64,000 nucleotides of DNA, taken from the sequence record NC_070952.1; one strand, given 5' to 3'. Shown here piece after piece: positions 1-8,029 of the stretch. The position numbers were made by a program, and so were the translations under genes. Position 1 is the stretch's first letter; each line of letters opens with the position of its first letter. The notes under the pieces were generated by a model. That model had not been told where the DNA came from. It saw only the letters and a program-made list of their open reading frames with translations, and did no database searches.

Positions 1-216
1 TTACCTCCTTTTGTTGATAAACGCGCATTCACCTCTAATGCCGATTATGAACTGGGGATTGAGGTCTTCCAAATGTGGTATGAATACGCCCGTAATTATC
101 TTCTTGCTAATCATGAGAAGAAAGCATCGTTATGGAAACCAGGACATGTGGATGGTAAGTGGAGCGATAAAACTATGTTGATGCTCGTAATCATTGTAGC
201 TGGTTTAGTAAATTAA
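1..216 (+). CDS. 3' end of a gene cut by the window edge; PG-binding-like C-terminus, paralog of 342..671
   Basis: Frame 1 is open from base 1 to TAA at 214-216; translates ...GIEVFQMWYE...GHVDGKWSDKTMLML. Confidence 0.7.
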   Translation, partial: LPPFVDKRAFTSNADYELGIEVFQMWYEYARNYLLANHEKKASLWKPGHVDGKWSDKTMLMLVIIVAGLVN

Positions 217-223
217 GTCTCAT

Positions 224-255
224 CTTCCTACTCTTCCTAACGGGAGAGTAGGAGG
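224..255 (+). terminator. intergenic hairpin (TACTC family)
   Basis: CTTCCTACTCTTCC-TAAC-GGGAGAGTAGGAGG just after a stop codon. Confidence 0.6.
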
Positions 256-287
256 GTTCAGATTTAGTTGGAAAGGATTTCAGACAT

Positions 288-305
288 ATATAATTACAGT
301 GTATA
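288..305 (+). promoter_or_regulatory. candidate phage early promoter motif
   Basis: ATATAATTACAGTGTATA, matches the 9-copy intergenic consensus ATATYATTANNGTGTAWA. Confidence 0.6.
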
Positions 306-341
306 AACAATAACTGTTTAATTAAATTCAAGGATATCACT

Positions 342-671
342 ATGTACAACTATGCTGAAGTAAACCATTTCAATACCCGTAACAACGACGGCGTTGCATT
401 CATGCTGAAGACTCTGTCTAAGTTCGATGCTAACGTTACTAAAGAAGAAACCATTGGCTACACTGCAATGGCTGTTCTGAAAACTCTGGCGCGTAAAGTG
501 TTCGGTGCTCTGCCACTGTTCCGTACTCGCATCACTGCTTCTGGTGTTGAAACTTTCCAGGCTTGGTATAACGACCTGGCTGAAGTTAACAACATGAAAA
601 GCCTGCGCGCTACTGGTGTCTGGGATGAAGCTACTGCAGCTGCATTCAACAGCATCGTAATGGCGGCTTAA
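342..671 (+). CDS. small protein with peptidoglycan-binding-like C-terminal helices
   Basis: AAGGA RBS; GVETFQAWYN...LRATGVWDEATAAAF resembles the PG_binding_1 pattern FQ...DG.VG..T..AL. Confidence 0.6.
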   Translation: MYNYAEVNHFNTRNNDGVAFMLKTLSKFDANVTKEETIGYTAMAVLKTLARKVFGALPLFRTRITASGVETFQAWYNDLAEVNNMKSLRATGVWDEATAAAFNSIVMAA

Positions 672-775
672 TGAAACGCAAATCAATTGCATCGGCAACT
701 TAAGGGATTAACCTTATACTGTCGGTGCAATTGAATGTTTATCTATCTAAATTTTTTTGTTCTGAGGAACTATAA

Positions 776-1453
776 ATGAGTAAAGTATTATTGGCATTGG
801 ACATGGACGATACACTGTGCGATACCCAGGAAGAAGTGGTTATTCGTCTGCGTCGCAAACTTTACGACACGGCAGCTTGGGATGATCTTAAATGGGTTTA
901 TGATTCTGTCCATGCTAATCGTAAACACGGTACCCATTCTACCATGCTGTATCCGCCACATCTTCGTGATATCATTAATAAAGACATCATCCAGGAAGGC
1001 GGTTATGTTAAAACAGTTAAACCCACCAAACTGATCACCGATGGTGAGTTTGTAAAAATGTTGTATCGACTGCGTGATGTGTTAGCTGACGATTTAACAA
1101 CTGTTATTGCCACCCATCGCAATAATGAACAAGAGGTGTATCAGGGAACAGTAGACTGGTTAGATGGTGTCGATTTCTCTAAACATCTTAATGATCTTCA
1201 TTTCATCGACAGCCGAGAATACAGTAACAAGATTGAGTATTTAAAAATGCTGTACCCTGAGCATGAGATTCTGTTGCTGGATGATAACCCATTCGGTAAT
1301 CTCCAGACTGTCCACCATCCGCATGAATCTGTTTTGGTGTATGAAGGTCTATGCACCTACGACGCTTATAAACATCAGAACAAATTCAGGTCCGTTAATG
1401 CGCTTGGAAATATGATCATAGATTTTTCCGGACGGGATGATAATGAAAAATAA
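776..1453 (+). CDS. HAD-superfamily phosphatase, probable 5'(3')-deoxyribonucleotidase
   Basis: Motif I LLALDMDDTL, IATHR, K in NKIEY, motif IV LLLDDNP. Confidence 0.75.
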   Translation: MSKVLLALDMDDTLCDTQEEVVIRLRRKLYDTAAWDDLKWVYDSVHANRKHGTHSTMLYPPHLRDIINKDIIQEGGYVKTVKPTKLITDGEFVKMLYRLRDVLADDLTTVIATHRNNEQEVYQGTVDWLDGVDFSKHLNDLHFIDSREYSNKIEYLKMLYPEHEILLLDDNPFGNLQTVHHPHESVLVYEGLCTYDAYKHQNKFRSVNALGNMIIDFSGRDDNEK

Positions 1454-1937
1454 ACGCACGGTGACGTGGATCGTTACTAATGACGACGTCACCAAAGGCA
1501 TTGCCGGAGATTGGGAGGGTGAACTCCTTACTCTCATGAATGACCTGGTTGAATACGAGGTACAATTTCGTGACCTTCCCTTTGAGAAAGACATGAGTAT
1601 GGGTAAACAGAACCGTCTCGCTGATTTTGTAACGGCGGGTGCGTATCTGGTATTCATTACTAATATCGTCACTCAAGAAGTTATCGGGACCACATTGGTG
1701 CGTCCTGTTGATTCAGGTGAGCATCGTCTTGCGTTACTTGGCTTCCTCCATATTAAGAAGAAATACCAGCGCAAAGGCTATGGTGCTCACCTTATGAACG
1801 AAGCAGAAATGATTGCCAAGAAGATGGGGTGTCATGCGATACGTCTTTCTGTCTTAGGTAAAAACAAATCGGCTAAAGAGTTCTACGGCACTCTGCTCTA
1901 CTCCACCACTGAAATCTTCATGGCTAAAAGCCTTTAG
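1437..1937 (+). CDS. GNAT-family acetyltransferase
   Basis: Acetyl-CoA motif A LHIKKKYQRKGYG and NKSAKEFY. Confidence 0.85.
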   Translation: MIMKNKRTVTWIVTNDDVTKGIAGDWEGELLTLMNDLVEYEVQFRDLPFEKDMSMGKQNRLADFVTAGAYLVFITNIVTQEVIGTTLVRPVDSGEHRLALLGFLHIKKKYQRKGYGAHLMNEAEMIAKKMGCHAIRLSVLGKNKSAKEFYGTLLYSTTEIFMAKSL

Positions 1938-1945
1938 GAAATATA

Positions 1946-2659
1946 ATGCCAAATTACAACAAAGTTTTAAGTTCTTACATTGCGCCAATCAGTTACTCTC
2001 TGATTCTCGCAACTGATCTGCGGGGCGCCATTGGTTTGAACAATGGTCTCCCTTGGAAAGGTATTGTTGACAATAAAGAAGACATGCAGTGGTTTCGTGA
2101 CAAGACCAAAGGCAAGATCATTGTCATGGGTTATAACACCTGGGTGAGTATTGGTCGCAAACCTTTACCCGGTCGTGTCAACATCATCATCACCGCTAAT
2201 CATCGTGATGAGGTTAATCGGGACATCGGTGCGCATGTCCAGACACTCATCGCTGCTGAAAAGAATCTCCCTACTGTTTTGGTTTATGGGAATCCTCAAA
2301 TCGCAGTAGATGGTATTAAAAATGGTATTGGTGATTTCCATCTGGGCGGTGAAGTTATGGTCATCGGCGGCGCTAAGATTTATGAAGCGTTCATGGAATG
2401 GACTTCCCGTATTTACTTGACCACCTTCGACTACGAGTTTGAAGCGGATACCTTTGTTAACCTGGATCTGGATAAATGGGATCTTTGTTATCGCGATAAC
2501 TTAAATACCCTAAAGCCTAAGTTTGAGGTTTGGGATTGCACAGAGGAAGCCGCTGAGCGTGCTGACCTCGATGTCATGCAAATCAGTTATGAACATAAAC
2601 CGGCTGCTGGGTTCCTGGCCGAATACTACAAAGAAAAAGAGGATAAAGCGGATGTTTAA
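1946..2659 (+). CDS. folA: dihydrofolate reductase
   Basis: AIGLNNGLPW, DMQWF, IVMGYNTW, KPLPGRVNIIIT, VIGGAKIY. Confidence 0.95.
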   Translation: MPNYNKVLSSYIAPISYSLILATDLRGAIGLNNGLPWKGIVDNKEDMQWFRDKTKGKIIVMGYNTWVSIGRKPLPGRVNIIITANHRDEVNRDIGAHVQTLIAAEKNLPTVLVYGNPQIAVDGIKNGIGDFHLGGEVMVIGGAKIYEAFMEWTSRIYLTTFDYEFEADTFVNLDLDKWDLCYRDNLNTLKPKFEVWDCTEEAAERADLDVMQISYEHKPAAGFLAEYYKEKEDKADV

Positions 2660-2963
2660 TCTTACTCCTGAGCTGGCAGGCAAGTCAGTAGAAAACGATA
2701 TCTTTTTTGCTGTTCGTAGCGGCAATGGAAAGATGGTTGTTGCCGGCCAACACGGTTCGATGGAAGTTCCTGGTGAAGGGGTCAAGTTGGGCGAGCGTTT
2801 CTTTAATACCCCTCAGGGTGTTATCGTGCGTGCTGCTGAACTGGACGACTACCGTCGCAGACAGACAGTGATGCTTGAAAAGACTGTTCGGGTCGGTAAG
2901 ATCGCTGTGGGTAAAATTGCTTCCTATTCTCAACTGAGAAAGAAAAGCAAGAAACGTAAGTAA
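2652..2963 (+). CDS. hypothetical protein with basic C-terminus
   Basis: In-frame ATG at 2652 overlaps the DHFR stop; followed by a hairpin. Confidence 0.6.
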   Translation: MFNLTPELAGKSVENDIFFAVRSGNGKMVVAGQHGSMEVPGEGVKLGERFFNTPQGVIVRAAELDDYRRRQTVMLEKTVRVGKIAVGKIASYSQLRKKSKKRK

Positions 2964-2968
2964 TCTTG

Positions 2969-2992
2969 AGAGAGGGAGACATCTCCCTCTCT
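2969..2992 (+). terminator. intergenic hairpin
   Basis: AGAGAGGGAG-ACAT-CTCCCTCTCT. Confidence 0.55.
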
Positions 2993-3009
2993 TTACTGGG
3001 ACGGTGAAA

Positions 3010-3387
3010 ATGCGGACATTTATATTTGGCTTTGGTTGGGAACTGTTGGGATTCACGTTATATTATTTAGCTTGGGGATGGATTGCAAGCCTCCTTGAAA
3101 ATAAAATAACCTGGCTTCAGAACAGAGTTATTTGGGTCGGTGCTCTTTCGGCTGCTATGCTTCATCCATTTGTGGTGAACTACATTGTGGTAGTATTCTG
3201 GACAATGATGGCGGGAACAATTCTTCTTCTATGGGGAAGAACAACCGGGGACTTTATCAAGGAAAAACTAACCTGGATAAGGGGAATCAATGCGCATCTA
3301 TTACGCCTCGCTATTTTGGTTATTGCTTTTGTAATTCTGCGTAATAGTATGTTTTATTATTATCCGGAGAAAGTTTGGTATTACTGA
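3010..3387 (+). CDS. hypothetical integral membrane protein
   Basis: About four hydrophobic segments. Confidence 0.6.
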   Translation: MRTFIFGFGWELLGFTLYYLAWGWIASLLENKITWLQNRVIWVGALSAAMLHPFVVNYIVVVFWTMMAGTILLLWGRTTGDFIKEKLTWIRGINAHLLRLAILVIAFVILRNSMFYYYPEKVWYY

Positions 3388-3423
3388 TTTTTATTTATTC
3401 TCCGTTAAAATAAAATCAGACAG

Positions 3424-3441
3424 ATATTATCTAGGTGTATA
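3424..3441 (+). promoter_or_regulatory. candidate phage early promoter motif
   Basis: ATATTATCTAGGTGTATA, about 30 nt upstream of the ClpP-like gene. Confidence 0.6.
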
Positions 3442-3471
3442 ACTTACAATGATATTTGCTGGAGATAAACG

Positions 3472-4110
3472 ATGCCAGAAGAAAACAAAAAAGATGAAGG
3501 TCCAGGTCTTTATCAGATTTTCCTTAAAGATAAGATTACACCGGAGGGACTTGAAGATCATTTTGAGACCCTCACTTCTTTACCTTATGGATCTAGTTTA
3601 ATGATCTGGTTGAATTCTCCAGGAGGAAGCCCTCAGACCGGGTTCATGTTAGATGACAAGTTAGCTGCGAAAAATATTAATGTCACCTACATTTCCTATC
3701 TTTTTAATGCTTCTGCGGCGTGCACTCTTCCGCAGTTATCAGATGCGATACGACTCAGTTATCCGCACTCCGTATTTACCTTCCACGGGGCAAGCATTCA
3801 TGTAGGAAATCGAAGAGACCAGTTTGACATGATTGTGGGGTATGCGGCTGAATCTATCGATCGTACCAATGATCGCTGTATGGCTAAAGTAGGGTTATCT
3901 AAGAAAGACTTTAAAAAGTTCAATGGTGACGATATTATTTTCTATGGTTACCAGCTTTTGGATGTGGGTGAACATGGTTGGATTGATGGACTTATTTTAA
4001 AAGAACATGGAGCTGGGAAATTTCTTATCAAAACACGAGACGGAAATAAGATCATTGATGTCTCTAAACATAAACGGTCTGATATCAAAGGCCTTCCAGT
4101 GGTAGAATAA
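3472..4110 (+). CDS. ClpP-like serine protease
   Basis: LNSPGGS, NASAA (Ser), FTFHG (His), GDDIIF...GWID (Asp region). Confidence 0.8.
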   Translation: MPEENKKDEGPGLYQIFLKDKITPEGLEDHFETLTSLPYGSSLMIWLNSPGGSPQTGFMLDDKLAAKNINVTYISYLFNASAACTLPQLSDAIRLSYPHSVFTFHGASIHVGNRRDQFDMIVGYAAESIDRTNDRCMAKVGLSKKDFKKFNGDDIIFYGYQLLDVGEHGWIDGLILKEHGAGKFLIKTRDGNKIIDVSKHKRSDIKGLPVVE

Positions 4111-4115
4111 AAATA

Positions 4116-4328
4116 ATGACCTACGTACTTTTGATTACAGCAGCTATTTTAATTATGATGTGGTTTTCAACCGGTCTCTTTACCTGGTTGAAATTCATGT
4201 GGTGTTGTGGCGAACCTTACAGTAAACGTAAAGGACTTACCCAGCACCTGAAGTACTTCGGCGTAACCTTAGGGTTGATCTTTGGTTGGCCTGTGTTTTA
4301 TACCTGGTTGTGGCGTAAGACCGCATGA
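4116..4328 (+). CDS. small membrane protein
   Basis: Two hydrophobic segments ending in GWP. Confidence 0.6.
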   Translation: MTYVLLITAAILIMMWFSTGLFTWLKFMWCCGEPYSKRKGLTQHLKYFGVTLGLIFGWPVFYTWLWRKTA

Positions 4329-4645
4329 TCGGTAAAAAGGTGCTATACACCTGTGACGGCAAAGGCGGAAGTTACGAGTTAGTTGGCGTAGCAGAAGGTG
4401 GGATTGTCGTCAATAAAAGACACAACTATGTTGAGCTGGGAAAATCAACAGGTGCTGGATTATCTCGTGGTGAATCCATCAATGTGTTTCGATCAAAACT
4501 GGGTGGGATCTCATTCACGGTTACTGACACCGCACAATACGTTCCCTTTACTCCCAAAGTCGTTTACAAAGACACGATTACTGGTAAGTTGTTTCATCGG
4601 GAAAGCGAAGATTTCGCTACCCGGATGCTTCTTGTAGCAGAATAA
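4325..4645 (+). CDS. hypothetical protein (weak DUF1653-like VVYKD...GKLFHR)
   Basis: ATGA overlap with the previous gene; continuous ORF. Confidence 0.55.
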   Translation: MIGKKVLYTCDGKGGSYELVGVAEGGIVVNKRHNYVELGKSTGAGLSRGESINVFRSKLGGISFTVTDTAQYVPFTPKVVYKDTITGKLFHRESEDFATRMLLVAE

Positions 4646-4685
4646 GATTTATTGCCCCCATACTTTAGAGATATAAGGAAAAGAC

Positions 4686-6248
4686 ATGTCTGTATTAGCC
4701 GAACAAACTTTCACCAACCAACAAGACACTCGTGACATTGTAGATGAAGTCATGCAGAATGCATTTGAATCTGTGTGTTCCACTATGGGTCCGAATGGTC
4801 GCTATGTGGTGATCAATCAGACTAACCGTCCAAAGGTTACCAAAGACGGTGTGTCGGTTGCCAAGGCGCTGGACTTCAACGAAGCTCGTCGTAATCTGAT
4901 TGCCAAGATTATCACCGAACCTTCTATCAAAACTGATAATGAAGTGGGTGATGGTACAACGACTACTGTATTCCAGACTTTCCAGCTGTATAACAAATTC
5001 AAAGACAAGATGAGCTTTAAGAACTTGCGTTATCTGGATCAATTGATCCGTGACGTGAAAGCCCATATTGCCACATTGATTATCGAATCCAAAGTAACGG
5101 ACGATAAGTTCCGTGCCATGTTGATGACGTCTTCGAACTATGAAGAAAGCATCGTTGAAACCATTCTGGAAATCTTCTCCAAGTACGACAAACCGAACAT
5201 CAGTTTGATCCGTACGCCGGCGTTGAAGAAAGATGAAATCGATCTGACCAACGACATCTTCTTTGAAGCGGCATTTGGTTTTGATCAGATGAACAGTCGG
5301 CTCGGGTCTAAAGGCTTTGTGGTGGATCCACACGGTGCACTGATTGTGTTGGTCGATGACACTATCCGCACGGTCCATCCTGATTCATTGTCGCTGATGT
5401 CCAATGTGGATTATGCTCGTCCGGTGTTGTTGGTTGCGCGTAACTTCGAAAGTAATGCGTTACAAGAAATCAACCGCTATAACTCCGAGATCGATCGTCA
5501 AGCGATCGTCCCAATTCAGTTGTCTGCGGCGGGTCGTTTGGGTGCAGCACTGTTTGAAGATCTGGGTACTTTACTCGGGGCTAAACCGATCTTTGATTTA
5601 CGTACCGTGGGTAAAACTGACGTCTATTCTAACGAAGCTGGTTTCGTCATTAAAGCCCGCGGTATTTATATCGATGCTTCTCAGGAATATGTTGTTCCTG
5701 CAATTGAAGAAATCGTTAAGCCGCTGGATGAACGTTACGAAGCTCTGAGTGTCGTAGAACGTGCAACAGTTATCGGTAATGTCCTGTTCAGTCGTATCAG
5801 TCGTCTGCGTGCCAATAACATCACTATCCGTGTAACCGGTGTAACTGATTCAGATACCTCTGAGCGTTATTATCGTTACGAGGACGTGATGAAAGCAGCG
5901 CGTACCGGTTTGCAGTACGGTGTTCTTCCGGGCATCGGTTATGCTTATATGGAAGCGTCTAAGTTCGTTAAAGCGTTACCTCAACAATCTGATGAGGGAC
6001 TCGAACAGCTACGCCAAGATCTTGCGGATCTGTTGACCTATCAATATACCTATCTGACCGGCATCGAACAAACCGATGCGGACTACGGTAAATATGTTGA
6101 TTTGGTTACCGGTGAAGTTTCTGATCAACCGACTGCGGTATTTGATAATGCTGCTGCAACGATGATTGCACTTGAGGGCGCGTGGGCAACTGCGAAAACT
6201 TTGAGTAAGATCAACAATGTCATGGGTCGTTCTAATCAGAGCTACTAA
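4686..6248 (+). CDS. groEL: phage GroEL-like chaperonin
   Basis: TMGPNGRYV, KVTKDGVSVAK, EVGDGTTTT, GVLPGIG; lacks the GGM tail. Confidence 0.93.
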   Translation: MSVLAEQTFTNQQDTRDIVDEVMQNAFESVCSTMGPNGRYVVINQTNRPKVTKDGVSVAKALDFNEARRNLIAKIITEPSIKTDNEVGDGTTTTVFQTFQLYNKFKDKMSFKNLRYLDQLIRDVKAHIATLIIESKVTDDKFRAMLMTSSNYEESIVETILEIFSKYDKPNISLIRTPALKKDEIDLTNDIFFEAAFGFDQMNSRLGSKGFVVDPHGALIVLVDDTIRTVHPDSLSLMSNVDYARPVLLVARNFESNALQEINRYNSEIDRQAIVPIQLSAAGRLGAALFEDLGTLLGAKPIFDLRTVGKTDVYSNEAGFVIKARGIYIDASQEYVVPAIEEIVKPLDERYEALSVVERATVIGNVLFSRISRLRANNITIRVTGVTDSDTSERYYRYEDVMKAARTGLQYGVLPGIGYAYMEASKFVKALPQQSDEGLEQLRQDLADLLTYQYTYLTGIEQTDADYGKYVDLVTGEVSDQPTAVFDNAAATMIALEGAWATAKTLSKINNVMGRSNQSY

Positions 6249-6258
6249 GTAACCAGGT

Positions 6259-6286
6259 GCTGACTCAGGGAGATCCCTGAGTCAGT
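6259..6286 (+). terminator. intrinsic terminator hairpin
   Basis: CTGACTCAGGG-AGAT-CCCTGAGTCAG followed by CATTATTTTTTTTT. Confidence 0.7.
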
Positions 6287-6454
6287 GTCTTCCTCATTAT
6301 TTTTTTTTGTTAAGTTATATAAAAGGGTGGAACGGAATCTGATAACCATCATGCAAAGGAGAACTAGCCCTGAACTCGATGAATATCCGACTGGCATATC
6401 GAGGCACAGCATGCAGCTGATGAGAGCAGTAACTTCCTGTAAAGGAGGTGTAGT

Positions 6455-6730
6455 ATGTCGTTGAACCGCTTGGTGGCTGTAAAGGACCGTGGGAGAAAGT
6501 CATTCTTCTCTCAAGATAACTTGCTTGCCTTCATTTTTGTTGTCATGGTTGTGACAATTGCATTAATCCTTAATTACGGTGTTTTTGCCTATTTCACTTT
6601 AGGTGCTTTGGTTGTCCGTATTTTTGAAATAATTTTTGAATTAAAGAACAATATGTTAGACAAACCTTTTCTGAACTATATCGTTCTGTTAGGTTTACCT
6701 GCACAATGTCTTTGGACTCTTTACCGTTAA
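6455..6730 (+). CDS. small membrane protein
   Basis: AAGGAGG RBS; 2-3 hydrophobic segments. Confidence 0.65.
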   Translation: MSLNRLVAVKDRGRKSFFSQDNLLAFIFVVMVVTIALILNYGVFAYFTLGALVVRIFEIIFELKNNMLDKPFLNYIVLLGLPAQCLWTLYR

Positions 6731-6742
6731 TTAGGTACTTTT

Positions 6743-7330
6743 ATGGCTTCTCTTCATTTTCATTACAGCACCATGAATGCCGGCAAGTCAACCAACTTGC
6801 TACAAGCTAACTATAACTATTTTGAACAGGGGATGAAAACGTTTGTTCTCAAACCTGCGATAGATACGCGCGAAGGTGAGGCGATCATCAAGTCTCGCAT
6901 TGGGTTACAAACAGAATGTATTTTGTTTACCCCCAATGAGAATCTGTATACCTTACTTCGTGCAATGATGGACGAACACGGGAAACCGGCCTGTATCTTT
7001 ATTGATGAAGCGCAATTCATGTCAGAGAGTCAAGTCATCGAACTCTCTGATGTTGTTGATAAACTACAAGTCCCTGCAATGTGTTACGGGTTGCGTACTG
7101 ATTTCCAGGGTAAGCTGTTTCCAGGGTCGTCCATGCTGTTTGCCCGTGCTGATAAATTGGTCGAAGTCAGAACCGTTTGTTGGTGTGGTAAAAATGCGTT
7201 TATGGTGTTGCGCCTTAATGAAGATGGCGATGTAGTCAGAGAGGGCGACCAAGTAAAAATTGGTGGCAATGATAATTACGTTTCTGTTTGCCGTAGACAT
7301 TTTCGTGTTGGTCAGATAAAGACAGATTGA
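6743..7330 (+). CDS. tdk: thymidine kinase
   Basis: YSTMNAGKST, FIDEAQF, YGLRTDF, CWCG, YVSVCRRH. Confidence 0.96.
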   Translation: MASLHFHYSTMNAGKSTNLLQANYNYFEQGMKTFVLKPAIDTREGEAIIKSRIGLQTECILFTPNENLYTLLRAMMDEHGKPACIFIDEAQFMSESQVIELSDVVDKLQVPAMCYGLRTDFQGKLFPGSSMLFARADKLVEVRTVCWCGKNAFMVLRLNEDGDVVREGDQVKIGGNDNYVSVCRRHFRVGQIKTD

Positions 7331-7355
7331 TTCAGTTACATTCCATTTCAGACCT

Positions 7356-7373
7356 ATATCATTTAAGTGTATA
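7356..7373 (+). promoter_or_regulatory. candidate phage early promoter motif
   Basis: ATATCATTTAAGTGTATA. Confidence 0.6.
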
Positions 7374-7419
7374 TGAACAATAATGTTCTCTCTCATTTAA
7401 ATAGGTTAAGGAATTAAAA

Positions 7420-7884
7420 ATGGAAAACGTAAAATCAGCTGCAGATATCGAAGATCAGAAAGTTTGGGATGACAAGACCGATGAAGAAATTGGTGCAGCC
7501 CTGGGTCGTATCCAGTTGGAAGCCAAAGGTCTGGGCGATGCTCTCGGTCAGAGCATCATTGAAGATGTCCTGAAAAACGCTAAGCTTGCTCAAGTTAAAA
7601 CAGGCAAGTTTACCAAAGACAATCGCAATATGATCGGTGCAGCTTTGGGTGTGGCTTTGGGTGTGGGTCTGGAGGTGTTATCACCAACCGGTTCTAAAAC
7701 CTCAGCAATCACTGCTGGCGTGGTTGGCGGTGCAGCCCTGGTGTTCCTCTCTCCAATCCTGAAAGCCACTCCACAGTCCACTGGGATCGCCGCAACTGCA
7801 GGTTCCCTGACTTCCCTGATCACTATGTCTGCAGGCCGCATCACTGCGGACTACTTCCCAGGCAATCTGGATCTTGATGATTAA
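7420..7884 (+). CDS. hypothetical protein with Gly/Ala-rich hydrophobic helices
   Basis: AAGGA RBS; MIGAALGVALGVGLEVL and AITAGVVGGAALVFL. Confidence 0.7.
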   Translation: MENVKSAADIEDQKVWDDKTDEEIGAALGRIQLEAKGLGDALGQSIIEDVLKNAKLAQVKTGKFTKDNRNMIGAALGVALGVGLEVLSPTGSKTSAITAGVVGGAALVFLSPILKATPQSTGIAATAGSLTSLITMSAGRITADYFPGNLDLDD

Positions 7885-7890
7885 CACGAT

Positions 7891-7916
7891 AAGGTACTCC
7901 CAATCGGGAGTACCTT
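7891..7916 (+). terminator. terminator hairpin (TACTC family)
   Basis: AAGGTACTCCC-AATC-GGGAGTACCTT then T-rich tract. Confidence 0.7.
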
Positions 7917-8029
7917 TATTTATGCTTTATTTTTTTTTTGTTTTTACTACCTTCTTCATTTTATGAAGGTACCTCATAATTTTCTCAGTAGAGGAAATTA
8001 ACAATGTTTTCATTCCATGGAATATACCA

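Noticed and set aside
3472-4110. ClpP-like gene as capsid maturation protease
   Set aside because: Not next to portal or capsid genes; a gp175-type protease is present at 47183..48034
4695-5378. 227-aa antisense ORF over the chaperonin
   Set aside because: Shadow of a strongly codon-biased, motif-bearing gene; no RBS or motifs
6315-6503. 62-aa minus ORF or possible ncRNA in the ~200-bp gap after the chaperonin
   Set aside because: No RBS, conserved motif or stable structure beyond the terminator
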